DNA from: Salinispira sp.
GTDB taxonomy: Bacteria; Spirochaetota; Spirochaetia; DSM-27196; Salinispiraceae
Length of the DNA: 18,391 bases
Direction: 5' to 3'
Assembly (NCBI GenBank): GCA_965226555.1
Contig: CBDDDG010000020.1
Location: 1 to 18,391, forward strand
Part shown: positions 1 to 8,863 of the stretch, in pieces
How the letters are laid out: each line of letters opens with the position of its first letter
How positions within the stretch are numbered: the stretch's first letter is position 1
Notes under the pieces: generated by a model
Database searches by the model: none
What the model was told of the DNA's origin: nothing
What the model saw: the letters and a program-made list of their open reading frames with translations, nothing else
Made by a program: the position numbers and the translations under genes

Positions 1-244
1 GGTGAAGAACATAATCTGCCCCTTTTACTCCTTTCCGAATATCATCAACATTCCTCAGGTCTCCTTCGAGAATCTCCAGATTCTCCTGCTTTCTAAAAGG
101 TTTCAGGATTTTCCGATCGCGCCTGCTTCCCAGCGATAAAACTTTGAGATATATGCCTGAATGCCTCACAAAGCGTTTTACAGCTTCAATTCCCATGTGC
201 CCGGTAGCGCCTGTTAAAAAAATGGTAATTTTCCGCTTTTCCAT
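1..244 (-). CDS. NAD(P)-dependent epimerase/dehydratase (extended SDR family), 5' part only; runs off the window edge
   Basis: Not in the ORF track. Manual translation from ATG 244 gives MEKRKITIFLTGATGHMGIEAVKRF...LEILEGDLRNVDDIRKGVKGADYVLH. It has the Rossmann TGxxGxxG motif and the GDL...D.V.H pattern of extended SDRs. Confidence 0.85.
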   Translation of the reverse strand, partial: MEKRKITIFLTGATGHMGIEAVKRFVRHSGIYLKVLSLGSRRDRKILKPFRKQENLEILEGDLRNVDDIRKGVKGADYVLH

Positions 245-340
245 GAATAAAATATACGTCGGGGGAAAGAAGAAAAACATGAGCTTAGCGGATGATTTTT
301 ATAGTTACATCGGATGAAATGTCATCACCTTTCGGGGTGA
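245..340 (-). promoter_or_regulatory. Candidate activator-dependent, leaderless promoter of the SDR gene with three phased TCAYCC sites
   Basis: TATATT (plus 251-256) lies 6 nt before the ATG, with no SD and a poor -35. TCAYCC half-sites lie at plus 290-295, 312-317 and 335-340 (22/23 bp period). The last is part of the imperfect palindrome TCACCT-TTCG-GGGTGA (325-340). Confidence 0.45.
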
Positions 341-1263
341 TTCCGTGTTTTGGAAAGTAATTGCAGCCTGTTAGATACCTTCATTTTTCTATAAATATTT
401 TGAATGTGAGTTTTTACGGTGTTTGGGGAGATAAAGAGGATTTCCGATATTTCCTTATTGGATTTCCCATCAATAAGAAGGGGGATTAATTCCTGTTCCC
501 TGACACTTATGTCGAACTGTTTGAATGTTTGAGAGTTCAAAACAGGGATGCTGCCTCTTTCCGGTTCATAGCGATGAATGTAGTAACGTCCGATATAGAA
601 GTAACCCAGCAGAGCAAAGGTAAAATAAGAAATAAACACCAATTTGCTGGGAGCATTGATAAAGAATAGTACATCCAGCAGGGCCAGCGGTCCTATGGGC
701 ATAAATGAAATGATAATTCCTTTTAATAGCTCTCTTTTTTCTTTATCTTCTATTTTTTTTATAAACACAGCCGCGGTAATTACCGGAATTTGGAGCATCA
801 TACTTCCGAAGAGAAACAACTCATTGAGAGCTCTGGAAAACCCTGTGCGCCAATCGGCACCGTTAAGAAATATAATGAAATACAGGCTCAGCAGAAAGAA
901 AAGAATTGAATATGCAGATATTATTCTTCGTGCCAGTTTTCGTTCTTTCTCCCCGGGAGCAATAAGATGCGAAATATACGTTGAAGCGACAAACAAAATG
1001 CAGGAAACCGCAATACAGGTCAGCAATAGAAAAAACAGGATAAGGCCCGTGTGAACTCCCTCCATCGTTGTGGAAAGATCTACTCGAAAAGAATGGTAAA
1101 TCAAACTGAAAAACCCATGAAAAAACAGAGGGTACAAAAGAAGGAGTATCCTGAATATGGTCTTGTCTCTGGTGCGGAAGTAGAGCACCGAACAAAGCAC
1201 GGCTAAAGAAAAAATGAAAGAGTAGTAGGAAATTAACAAAAAATGAGACAGCGCATTCCACAT
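325..1263 (-). CDS. Membrane-anchored LuxR/GerE-family HTH transcriptional regulator (about 7 TM segments plus C-terminal HTH)
   Basis: C-terminal ISVREQELIPLLIDGKSNKEISEILFISPNTVKTHIQNIYRKMKV is a LuxR HTH, and the N-terminal part has multiple hydrophobic helices. Start moved from 1455 to ATG 1263 (MWNALSHF), 4 nt after the ABC gene stop, which avoids a 188-bp overlap. Confidence 0.9.
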   Translation of the reverse strand: MWNALSHFLLISYYSFIFSLAVLCSVLYFRTRDKTIFRILLLLYPLFFHGFFSLIYHSFRVDLSTTMEGVHTGLILFFLLLTCIAVSCILFVASTYISHLIAPGEKERKLARRIISAYSILFFLLSLYFIIFLNGADWRTGFSRALNELFLFGSMMLQIPVITAAVFIKKIEDKEKRELLKGIIISFMPIGPLALLDVLFFINAPSKLVFISYFTFALLGYFYIGRYYIHRYEPERGSIPVLNSQTFKQFDISVREQELIPLLIDGKSNKEISEILFISPNTVKTHIQNIYRKMKVSNRLQLLSKTRNHPER

Positions 1264-1267
1264 AGAA

Positions 1268-3031
1268 TCACCCTTTTTCCACGGCTTCTCCGGTCTGTAC
1301 CCGCCAGAGGCTGGCATAGATACCGTTCTGCTTAATGAGCTGTTCATGCCGTCCTTCTTCACGGATGCTGCCGCCTGCGAGGAGGAAGATTCTGTCGGCA
1401 TTGCGAATGGTCGAAAGCCGGTGGGCAATGACCACAGTTGTGCGGCTGCGGGCAATTTTTATGAGGCTCTTCTGGATGGCGGCTTCTGTTTCGTTGTCGA
1501 CACTGGATGTTGCTTCATCGAGAATGATGATGGGCGCCTTTTTAAGCAGCGCGCGGGCAAGGCTAACACGCTGGCGCTGGCCGCCTGAGAGCTTCTTACC
1601 GCGTTCGCCGACAATGGTGTCGTAGCCCTCGGGGAGTTCTTCAATAAAACTATGGGCATCGGCAAGACGGGCGGCTGCAAGAATATCATCCTCACTGGCT
1701 CCCTCACTCCCGTAGGCAATGTTTTCGCGGGCTGTACCGTGAAAAAGAAAGACATCCTGATTAACGAAGGAAATGGCCTTCACCAGATCTTCAAGGCGAT
1801 ACTGCCGGATATCGTGACCATCGAGCATGAGACTGCCCGCTGTAACATCGTAGAAACGCAGAAAGAGCTTTATGAGGCTGGTCTTCCCTGCCCCCGTTGC
1901 CCCCACAATACCGACCATCCACCCGGGCTGAATTTCAAAGTGTACGTTCTGCAGTACCATTCCCCCGCTTGAATAGCGGAAGGCGACATCCCGGGCAATG
2001 AAATGGCCCCTGGCCGAATGGAGCTCCAGTTCGCCGTTGGGGAGCATCTCATCGGTCTCAAGAACAGAGAGAATGCGGCCTGTGCTGGCCATGGAACGCT
2101 GGTAGAGATCGAAGGTTTCACCAAGGCGGGTGAGGGGCCAGAGCAGGCGCTGAACAATGAACACCATGAGGCTATAGGCCGCAACAGCCAGCTCGCCGTT
2201 AAGAGCCTGAAAGCCCGCAATGAGCAAAATGGCAACAAAGCCCGAGAGAATGAGCATGCGGATCATGGGCACAAAGGCGCTTGAGATACGTATGGTTGCA
2301 ACGTTGGCCTGTCGGTAGGCATCGCTCAAAGAACCGATGCGTTTGTTTTCGAAATTTTCACTGCCGTAACTCTTTATTGTCGCAATGCCCTGAATGTTGT
2401 TTGCAAGCTGACTCCCGAGCTTTCCTGCCGATTCCCGCACCCGCTGATAACGCGGCTTGAGAAAATTCTGAAACCACACCGAGGCAGCAATAATAAACGG
2501 TATGGGCAGCACCGCAACCCACCCGACTCCGGGGGAAACTGCCAGATAGACGGCACCGATTGTCAGCATGGTAACGATGACCTGAATAATATCGTTGGCG
2601 CCGACATCGAGAAAGCGCTCAAGCTGGTTCACATCTTCATTGAGAACGGTAACAAGCTCGCCGGTGCTCTGATCCTCAAAGTACGCGAGCCGCTGCCGCT
2701 GCAGATTTCTGTAGGCATCCAGACGAATTCGGTGCTGCGCCTGCTGGGCGAGGTTTTTCCACATAATCTTAAAAAAATATTCGAATATCGATTCAAGAAT
2801 CCACACAATAACAGTCAGAACTGCCAGAACAATGAGCTGCTGTTCCGGCTGCGGAAAACCGAGGCGGGCAATGAGGCTCTCCTTGCCAGCAACGACAATA
2901 TCGATGGCAGCGGCAATGAGGGCAGGCGGCATAAGATCGAAGAGCTTATTCAGAATTGAGCAGAGCGAGGCAAGGAATATTTTCCCCCGCTGGGGTCGGA
3001 GATAAAGCCAGAGTTTGGATAATTCACTCAT
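1268..3031 (-). CDS. ABC exporter, fused permease/ATP-binding protein (MdlB/MsbA-like type IV half transporter)
   Basis: N-terminal TM domain, Walker A GATGAGKT, signature LSGGQRQR, Walker B/D-loop IIILDEATSSVD, H-loop IAHRLST. Confidence 0.95.
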   Translation of the reverse strand: MSELSKLWLYLRPQRGKIFLASLCSILNKLFDLMPPALIAAAIDIVVAGKESLIARLGFPQPEQQLIVLAVLTVIVWILESIFEYFFKIMWKNLAQQAQHRIRLDAYRNLQRQRLAYFEDQSTGELVTVLNEDVNQLERFLDVGANDIIQVIVTMLTIGAVYLAVSPGVGWVAVLPIPFIIAASVWFQNFLKPRYQRVRESAGKLGSQLANNIQGIATIKSYGSENFENKRIGSLSDAYRQANVATIRISSAFVPMIRMLILSGFVAILLIAGFQALNGELAVAAYSLMVFIVQRLLWPLTRLGETFDLYQRSMASTGRILSVLETDEMLPNGELELHSARGHFIARDVAFRYSSGGMVLQNVHFEIQPGWMVGIVGATGAGKTSLIKLFLRFYDVTAGSLMLDGHDIRQYRLEDLVKAISFVNQDVFLFHGTARENIAYGSEGASEDDILAAARLADAHSFIEELPEGYDTIVGERGKKLSGGQRQRVSLARALLKKAPIIILDEATSSVDNETEAAIQKSLIKIARSRTTVVIAHRLSTIRNADRIFLLAGGSIREEGRHEQLIKQNGIYASLWRVQTGEAVEKG

Positions 3032-4143
3032 CCGCGGACCCTACCCCCGTCTTCGAGACGGCGGTTGATATAGTGTTCATTAAGCGAGAGTTCGGCAATG
3101 AGGTTTGCGAGCAGGTTCTCGGAGATGAGGTTCTGTTCCATAAAAAGATAGATGAGGGCCTTTTCGGCAATGTTCGGGATTCGAAGGGTGTTGAGACAGG
3201 GCGAGCCGGGTTTGTACTGCTCCCTGAAGTCCTGAGCAAGACGGCTTTCTTCAATGTTTTCCCTGAGGAGCTTTAGTTCATGTTTCAGGGGGGCACTGTC
3301 GTTCCCGGCTGCCTTCATGCCGAGGGGCTTGAGTACGAGATAGGTATATTCCTTTCCCGGCAGATAGTGATGAATGTCGCAGCGGGTACAGTAGTTCGGT
3401 TCACTCGGGTCGTCTTTTATGTTATCGCCGCCGACAATGATGAGGGGATCAAAATAGGGAGCCGGACACTCCCTGCCGTGTACGGAATAATAACGGTAGG
3501 AAAAGAAGGAATCGGCCATGCAGTCCTCATGTTCGCAGTAGGCGCTCAGGGGAAAGACATCGGTGGCATTGTCCAGAAGCAGGCGGGCGGTGGAGTTGAA
3601 TATCTCGTTTCTGAAATTGAGGATGAGGGTTGGAAAGACAAAGATGAGTCCGCGAGTTTCGCTCTCCTTCCTTGTGAGATAGGCAAGCCGCTCATCGTAA
3701 AAGCTGGCTTCATCCAATATCCATGTTCCTGCCTGAGGATGCGCGGTAATAATTTTCTCAAGATCAAAGGAATCGCGTATTTTTGCGATGTTGCCGCCAA
3801 GCCGCTCATACCCGCCTCGGTAGGCGAGCGCGTCATCCGGGTAGTTGGGAAAACGATGGGTATCTAACATGGAACGGATAAAAAACACATGGCGCCGATC
3901 TGCCCCCGCGCTGATGGCCCGCTCGGCAAACCTGCCGCTCTTCTTCAGAGCCACGGCTGCATCGCGCCATATGCGGGCCGAGTACTCGGTTTTTCCCGAA
4001 CCCATGGATCCGATAACCAGAATACGGCGCGAGTGTCTGGTAAAATCGAAGTGGTTTATTGATCGGTGCATCTGAATAGCCGGAAGACCGAGGCTCTTGA
4101 AGAGTATGTCAGTATGCGATGTATACATTTCGCTATTAAGCAC
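3028..4143 (-). CDS. tdk: Thymidine kinase, long spirochete type
   Basis: P-loop IGSMGSGKTE, Walker B ILDEASF, Zn-binding pairs AYCEHEDC and YCTRCDIHH, lasso-like LIIVGGD. AGGAG lies upstream of GTG 4143. The stop overlaps the ABC start (ATGA). Confidence 0.85.
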   Translation of the reverse strand: MLNSEMYTSHTDILFKSLGLPAIQMHRSINHFDFTRHSRRILVIGSMGSGKTEYSARIWRDAAVALKKSGRFAERAISAGADRRHVFFIRSMLDTHRFPNYPDDALAYRGGYERLGGNIAKIRDSFDLEKIITAHPQAGTWILDEASFYDERLAYLTRKESETRGLIFVFPTLILNFRNEIFNSTARLLLDNATDVFPLSAYCEHEDCMADSFFSYRYYSVHGRECPAPYFDPLIIVGGDNIKDDPSEPNYCTRCDIHHYLPGKEYTYLVLKPLGMKAAGNDSAPLKHELKLLRENIEESRLAQDFREQYKPGSPCLNTLRIPNIAEKALIYLFMEQNLISENLLANLIAELSLNEHYINRRLEDGGRVRG

Positions 4144-4250
4144 GAATTCTCCTACCCGGCTATTGCAGGGCTTTCAAGGGGGAGGGAATCCGCGCCTGCC
4201 TGAGTTGAATTGCCGCTTTTCAATAGCTCCTGCGGGCTATGAAACTGCTC

Positions 4251-6185
4251 CTAATACCATGTCGGAGGCGTTGTTACGCCGGAATCCGTAAACATACTTT
4301 TTTTGTCTACGATTCTCCCCATCAAATGAGTTCCCCAGTTCTCAAGATCTCGATTGAATGCGCTTGCGCGATTGAACATACTGCTCATATCCGTTACCGA
4401 ACTAACATCCCAGCTTGAGATATCGCTATTGAATGCGCTTGCTCCAGTGAACATTAAGGACATATCTCTTACCTTACTGACACCCCATGCGGAAATGTCG
4501 CCAGTGAATTCGCTTGCGCCATTGAACATAGTGCCCATATTCGTTACTGAATTGACATCCCAGCCTGAGATATCACCATTGAATTTGCCTGCAAAACGGA
4601 ACATCCATCCCATATTCGTTACCGAACTGACTTTCCACTTCGAGATATCGCCATTAAATGATGATGCCTCATTGAACAGCTTATACATACTTGTTACCGC
4701 TTTAGTATCCCATTCGGAGATATCGCCATTGAATGAGCTTTTGCTCTGGAAGACTCTGCTCATATCCGTTACTGCCGTGGTAACAATGTAGTTGATATCG
4801 GCAATTTGTCCCCATGTTGATATCCCCGTATTTACCTTCGATTTCAGGTCGGCATTAGTTGTTGGACTCACGGTAACATAAAACTTTTCGGTAACCCGTG
4901 TACTCTCATCGGTTCCGTCTATGAAAGATACATTATATGTTCCTGCCGTTGTTGTTGCGGTAACCGTAATAACTCCGGTACTTGAGTCAACTGTCGGCAG
5001 GGTAACGATAACCCCTGCGACCGGGGTAGTAGCCGTAGCCACAGTAACGCTTGGATTCTCCGCATTGATAGCGGCATCATCAATGTCAGCCGAAAGAATG
5101 ACGGATGTTGCCGTACCCCCTGAAGGAACCTTCGGAACCCGCGTCGCAGCAGGCAGCAGTGTTCTCGTTGCGAATGCAGACCAGCCGCCATTGCCCACCT
5201 TGTTAACGGCGCGCACCCGCACATCGTACCTGTTACCGTTTGTGAGTCCGGTAATGGTGTAGCTCGAGGCAGTCCCGGCGATAGTCCCTGTTGATGACCA
5301 TGCGGATGTAGCGCTCTTATACAGCACCTCGTACGCTGTAATTTCGCTGCCGCCGTTATTGGGCGCTGTCCATGTTGCGGTGAGCTGGGTGTCTCCAACT
5401 GTGAGCGTGGGAGCATTCATCACGCTGGGAACGGTAGCGGGGGTTGCGGTGTCAGTCGCTGGGTTACCATTGCCCTCTGTATTGACAGCGTAGACCCGCA
5501 CCTCGTACTCGGTGCCGTTTGTCAGTCCCGTGATGGGGTGGGTGTAGGTGTGGTTGGGGTCGGCATTCACAGCAATAGAAACAGCAGCTCCCCACTCGCT
5601 TGCTCCGGCTACGCGATGTTGCAGTTCATAGCGAATAATGGCGCTGTCGCCAGTATCGGTCGGCGCAGCCCATGTTGCGATAATTTTCATATTTTCCGCT
5701 GCGAGCGTAAACGCAGTCGGTTCCGTGGGAACGGCGCCAATAGGGGTTTCTGTGGAAGATTCCGACCAGTCGCCTGGGCCCGCGCTGTTCACGGCACGTG
5801 CCTGTACTACGTACGGGATGTCGTTTGTCAGTCCCGTGATGGTGGCGCGTAGGGCTGGCGCGTCGGCTGTAGTAATATCCTCCGACCAGCTGCTCCCGCC
5901 GTCATTGCTATGGCGAAGTTCATACGCGGTAATTTCGCTGCCGCCCTTATCATCCGGCTCAGCCCATGTGGCAATGAGTTCCCCATTCCCCACTTCAAGG
6001 GTTGGGGCAGCCATGGTACCCGGCGGGCTTACCGTGGGTACCGGGACTGGGTTGGGTCCCTGGTTGGGTTCCGGGACTGGGTCCGTAGGACATCCGGTAA
6101 GTAAGGCTACAAGAACCACGCTTATGACAACAAAAACAGGAAAAGTTCCCTGTACTTTCCGTACTGGATTACACGTAAACATCAT
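4251..6185 (-). CDS. Surface lipoprotein with three fibronectin type III domains and C-terminal DUF285 (BspA-like 25-aa) repeats
   Basis: Hydrophobic signal ending in lipobox LLTG-C32, then a Pro-rich linker. Three FN3 units each show W..P...G...I..Y and ITGLTNG..Y.V.V.AVN..G. Six VTxMxxMFxxAxxFNxDISxWxV repeats follow. SD AGGGAG upstream. Confidence 0.9.
   Translation of the reverse strand: MMFTCNPVRKVQGTFPVFVVISVVLVALLTGCPTDPVPEPNQGPNPVPVPTVSPPGTMAAPTLEVGNGELIATWAEPDDKGGSEITAYELRHSNDGGSSWSEDITTADAPALRATITGLTNDIPYVVQARAVNSAGPGDWSESSTETPIGAVPTEPTAFTLAAENMKIIATWAAPTDTGDSAIIRYELQHRVAGASEWGAAVSIAVNADPNHTYTHPITGLTNGTEYEVRVYAVNTEGNGNPATDTATPATVPSVMNAPTLTVGDTQLTATWTAPNNGGSEITAYEVLYKSATSAWSSTGTIAGTASSYTITGLTNGNRYDVRVRAVNKVGNGGWSAFATRTLLPAATRVPKVPSGGTATSVILSADIDDAAINAENPSVTVATATTPVAGVIVTLPTVDSSTGVITVTATTTAGTYNVSFIDGTDESTRVTEKFYVTVSPTTNADLKSKVNTGISTWGQIADINYIVTTAVTDMSRVFQSKSSFNGDISEWDTKAVTSMYKLFNEASSFNGDISKWKVSSVTNMGWMFRFAGKFNGDISGWDVNSVTNMGTMFNGASEFTGDISAWGVSKVRDMSLMFTGASAFNSDISSWDVSSVTDMSSMFNRASAFNRDLENWGTHLMGRIVDKKSMFTDSGVTTPPTWY
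4323..4772 (-). repeat. Six degenerate 75-bp coding repeats (DUF285 units)
   Basis: Exact 75-nt period from VTDMSRVF (4772) to VTDMSSMF (4397); recurring gagatatcgccatt-like words. Confidence 0.9.
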
Positions 6186-6526
6186 TTTACTATTCTCCCT
6201 TTAAAATATCTGTCTCTATGTTTCATTGCGACGGATACGCGCTGAAACATTCTTTAATAATCTATACCAGAATATCGGAAATATCAACTGCCTGCAACCG
6301 CGGCTGGCGAATTCGGCAATTAATGATTTTGAATCATGATAACGAATTAGTTTGGCATCATCAAGCGGATTTTCGATCTTCGGAAAACTCGCCGGTTCAG
6401 GATACTTATGCCATAACGTTAAGATGAAAGACGCTTTGACAAGCTATATTGGGCAAATAGTTTTCCCACTGTTTTCTCAGAAATGGAACATTCCGCAAAA
6501 TATTCTAAGAAATTTCCCGAACACCC

Positions 6527-6555
6527 TTGATTATTCTGAAATTATACGGTATTAT
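6527..6555 (+). promoter_or_regulatory. Candidate sigma70 promoter for hflKC
   Basis: TTGATT (6527-6532), 17 bp spacer, TATTAT (6550-6555). Predicted +1 is near 6562. Confidence 0.5.
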
Positions 6556-6563
6556 TCTTCATA

Positions 6564-6590
6564 GAAACTTTTGCATAAAGCAAAAGTTTC
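6564..6590. repeat. Palindromic element copy 1 (perfect 11-bp inverted repeat)
   Basis: GAAACTTTTGC-ataaa-GCAAAAGTTTC, read with the preceding ATA as ATAG. Confidence 0.9.
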
Positions 6591-6634
6591 CGATCTGGAA
6601 TGCTTTCTTTGTGCTTAGCATTCTCCTATTTTAT

Positions 6635-6663
6635 AGAAAGTTTTGCATTTTGCAAAACTTTCT
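6635..6663. repeat. Palindromic element copy 2 (perfect 13-bp inverted repeat)
   Basis: AGAAAGTTTTGCA-ttt-TGCAAAACTTTCT, preceded by TAT. Confidence 0.9.
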
Positions 6664-6701
6664 CATACATACATGGCATTGGTATGAACTGAGGAGGTTC
6701 T

Positions 6702-7697
6702 ATGTCAGATAATGAAAGTCCCAAACGGGGCAGGCGTATCGTTATTACGACGTCCATGATACTTGCTGTTCTCATCGGACTGCTTGTTATTGGCGGAGCA
6801 ATAACCACGTTTTTTCAAGTTGATGCGACAGAACAGGCGGTAATTACCCGTTTTGGACGCTATAATCGAACAAAAGGAGCAGGACTCCATTTTAAGATTC
6901 CGTTTGGTATTGAAAACCACTATCTTGTGCCTACCGAACTGAATCAGTCAATGTCCTTCGGATATCGTTCGCTCGAGCCGGGAATTATTACCGTGTACGA
7001 CACCCGAGACTATCCGGAGGAATCTGTTATGCTCACCGGCGACATTAATATTATTGATGTTGAGTGGGTCATTCAGTTTCTTATTACCAACCCGCGGGCA
7101 TGGCTCTTTAATGTGGAGGATCCGCAGAAGACTATTTCGGATATCAGCAAATCGGTCATTAACCGTCTTGTCGGCGACCGGAGCCTGAATGCCGTGCTCG
7201 GACCTGCCCGTCCTGCCATTGAGGATCAGGCGCGGCAGATTATGAATGAGACTCTCGGCCAATATGAAATTGGCATTAATGTTACTACCGTGGAGCTCAA
7301 GGATATTGTTCCTCCAAGCGGCCGCGTTGAGGAGGCCTTCAAGGATGTTCAGGATGCCCAACAGGATTTGGAACGGCTTATAAATGAGGGACAGCAGGCA
7401 TACAACACGGAAATTCCTAAGGCTCAGGGGGAAAAGGAGCGCTCTATTCAAGTCGCTATTGGTTACGCGAATGAACGGATAAACCAAGCGGAGGGGGATG
7501 TTGCGCGGTTCAGCTCCGTTCTCGAAGAATATAATAATGATCCGGTTACAACGCGAACCCGTCTCTATTATGAAATGGTTGAGGAAGTATTCAAAGATAA
7601 TGAGAATACCATTCTCATTGATAAGGAGCTTCAGAATTTCATTCCGCTTCTGAACCTCGGTTCAGGACAAACAGGACAATCAGGAGTTTTACAATGA
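6702..7697 (+). CDS. hflK: FtsH protease modulator HflK (SPFH domain)
   Basis: Single N-terminal TM, EQAVITRFG, GLHFKIPFGIE, MLTGDINIIDVEW, AEGDVARF, TRTRLYYE. SD GAGGAGG at 6691-6697. Confidence 0.95.
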   Translation: MSDNESPKRGRRIVITTSMILAVLIGLLVIGGAITTFFQVDATEQAVITRFGRYNRTKGAGLHFKIPFGIENHYLVPTELNQSMSFGYRSLEPGIITVYDTRDYPEESVMLTGDINIIDVEWVIQFLITNPRAWLFNVEDPQKTISDISKSVINRLVGDRSLNAVLGPARPAIEDQARQIMNETLGQYEIGINVTTVELKDIVPPSGRVEEAFKDVQDAQQDLERLINEGQQAYNTEIPKAQGEKERSIQVAIGYANERINQAEGDVARFSSVLEEYNNDPVTTRTRLYYEMVEEVFKDNENTILIDKELQNFIPLLNLGSGQTGQSGVLQ

Positions 7698-8713
7698 ACA
7701 AATCTTTACGTAGACTTATTATAACGCTGAGTATTCTCGTTATACTCGGAGTTATCACCTTCGCAATCGGACCCTTTTATATTCTCGATGAGGGTCAACA
7801 GGCAGTGGTTCTGCGCTTTGGTCAGATTGTCCGTACCGATATCGAAGCCGGTCTGAAGTTTAAAACGCCCCTTATTGATAATGTGGTGAAGTACAGCAAG
7901 AAAATTCAGCCTTGGGATGGTGATCCAAAGCAGATGCCGACAGTGGGGGGAGAATTTATCATTCTTGATACAACAGCCCGCTGGCGCATTGCAAATCCAC
8001 GGCAGTTTTATTCCCGTCTGGGAACACTGAATGCCGCCTATCGCAGGCTTGATGACATTATTGAATCGGCTGTGAGAACTGTTGTCAGCCAGAATACGCT
8101 CAATTCCATTGTCAGAGACTCTAATCTTATTAATGAAGATAATTTGGCAGCCGAGGATATTGCAGAAGTTACCATAGTAGCCGCTGAGGGCTTTGATCAG
8201 GAAGAATTTGAGCGCCAGCTCGCGCAGGCTACCAGCACCGGTTCCCAACCCAACATTGTGAGGGGGCGTTCCCAGCTCAGTCTTGATGCCATGATTATTT
8301 CAGTACCGACTATCAGAGAACTCGGCATTGAGCTCATTGACCTTGTTATTCGTCATGTCCGCTACAGCGATGATCTCATTGACCGCGTGTATGACCGTAT
8401 GATTTCCGAGAGAAACCGTATTGCCGAATTCTACCGATCATTCGGCGAAGGTCAGCGTCAGGAACTGCTGGGGCTGCTTGAAAATGAACGCCGCCGGATA
8501 ATCTCCGAAGGCTACGAAGAAGCGGAAAAAACCCGAGGGGAAGCGGATGCGACAGCAGCCCGCATATACTCCCAGGCCTATTCTGCGAACCCATCGTTCT
8601 TTGAATTCTGGCGGGCTATTGAAAGCTATCGGCGTACCATACCCGGCTTTGACAAAACAATAAGTACGGAACTGGATTATTTCAACTTTCTCTATTCCAG
8701 CAGCGGAAACTAA
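7694..8713 (+). CDS. hflC: FtsH protease modulator HflC (SPFH domain)
   Basis: QAVVLRFG, GLKFKTP, DTTARWRI, VYDRMISERNRIA, GEADATAARIY, FFEFWRAIESY. ATGA overlap with hflK. Confidence 0.95.
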   Translation: MNKSLRRLIITLSILVILGVITFAIGPFYILDEGQQAVVLRFGQIVRTDIEAGLKFKTPLIDNVVKYSKKIQPWDGDPKQMPTVGGEFIILDTTARWRIANPRQFYSRLGTLNAAYRRLDDIIESAVRTVVSQNTLNSIVRDSNLINEDNLAAEDIAEVTIVAAEGFDQEEFERQLAQATSTGSQPNIVRGRSQLSLDAMIISVPTIRELGIELIDLVIRHVRYSDDLIDRVYDRMISERNRIAEFYRSFGEGQRQELLGLLENERRRIISEGYEEAEKTRGEADATAARIYSQAYSANPSFFEFWRAIESYRRTIPGFDKTISTELDYFNFLYSSSGN

Positions 8714-8748
8714 CCGCCTGAGCTGATGCCTGCCTGAGCGGCATACTA

Positions 8749-8820
8749 CCGGGCATGCCTGATATGTTCAGCGTGTCCGGGGTGCTCAGGGTGGCAGGGG
8801 TGTTCAGAGCGTTTCCGGCG
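8749..8820. repeat. Degenerate 9/18-bp periodic intergenic repeat
   Basis: ccgggcatg cctgatatg ttcagcgtg tccggggtg ctcagggtg gcaggggtg ttcagagcg tttccggcg. Confidence 0.55.
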
Positions 8821-8863
8821 TATTCGGCAGAGCGGGATACTGAAGACTGAAGCGGGAGGATCA

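Noticed and set aside
4323..4772. Diversity-generating retroelement target (also considered for the 17017-17162 repeats)
   Set aside because: No reverse transcriptase is present, and there is no TR/VR pair differing only at adenines. These are ordinary coding repeats.
6436..6513. TTGACA at 6436 as a promoter, and TTCTNAGAAAT at 6474 and 6503 as operator sites
   Set aside because: There is no good -10 at 17 bp. The two short palindromes lie in AT-rich DNA and are too weak to call without comparative data.
6615..6641. CIRCE (HrcA operator) upstream of hflKC
   Set aside because: TTAGCATTC matches the left arm at 8/9, but there is no GAGTGCTAA-like right arm 9 bp downstream.
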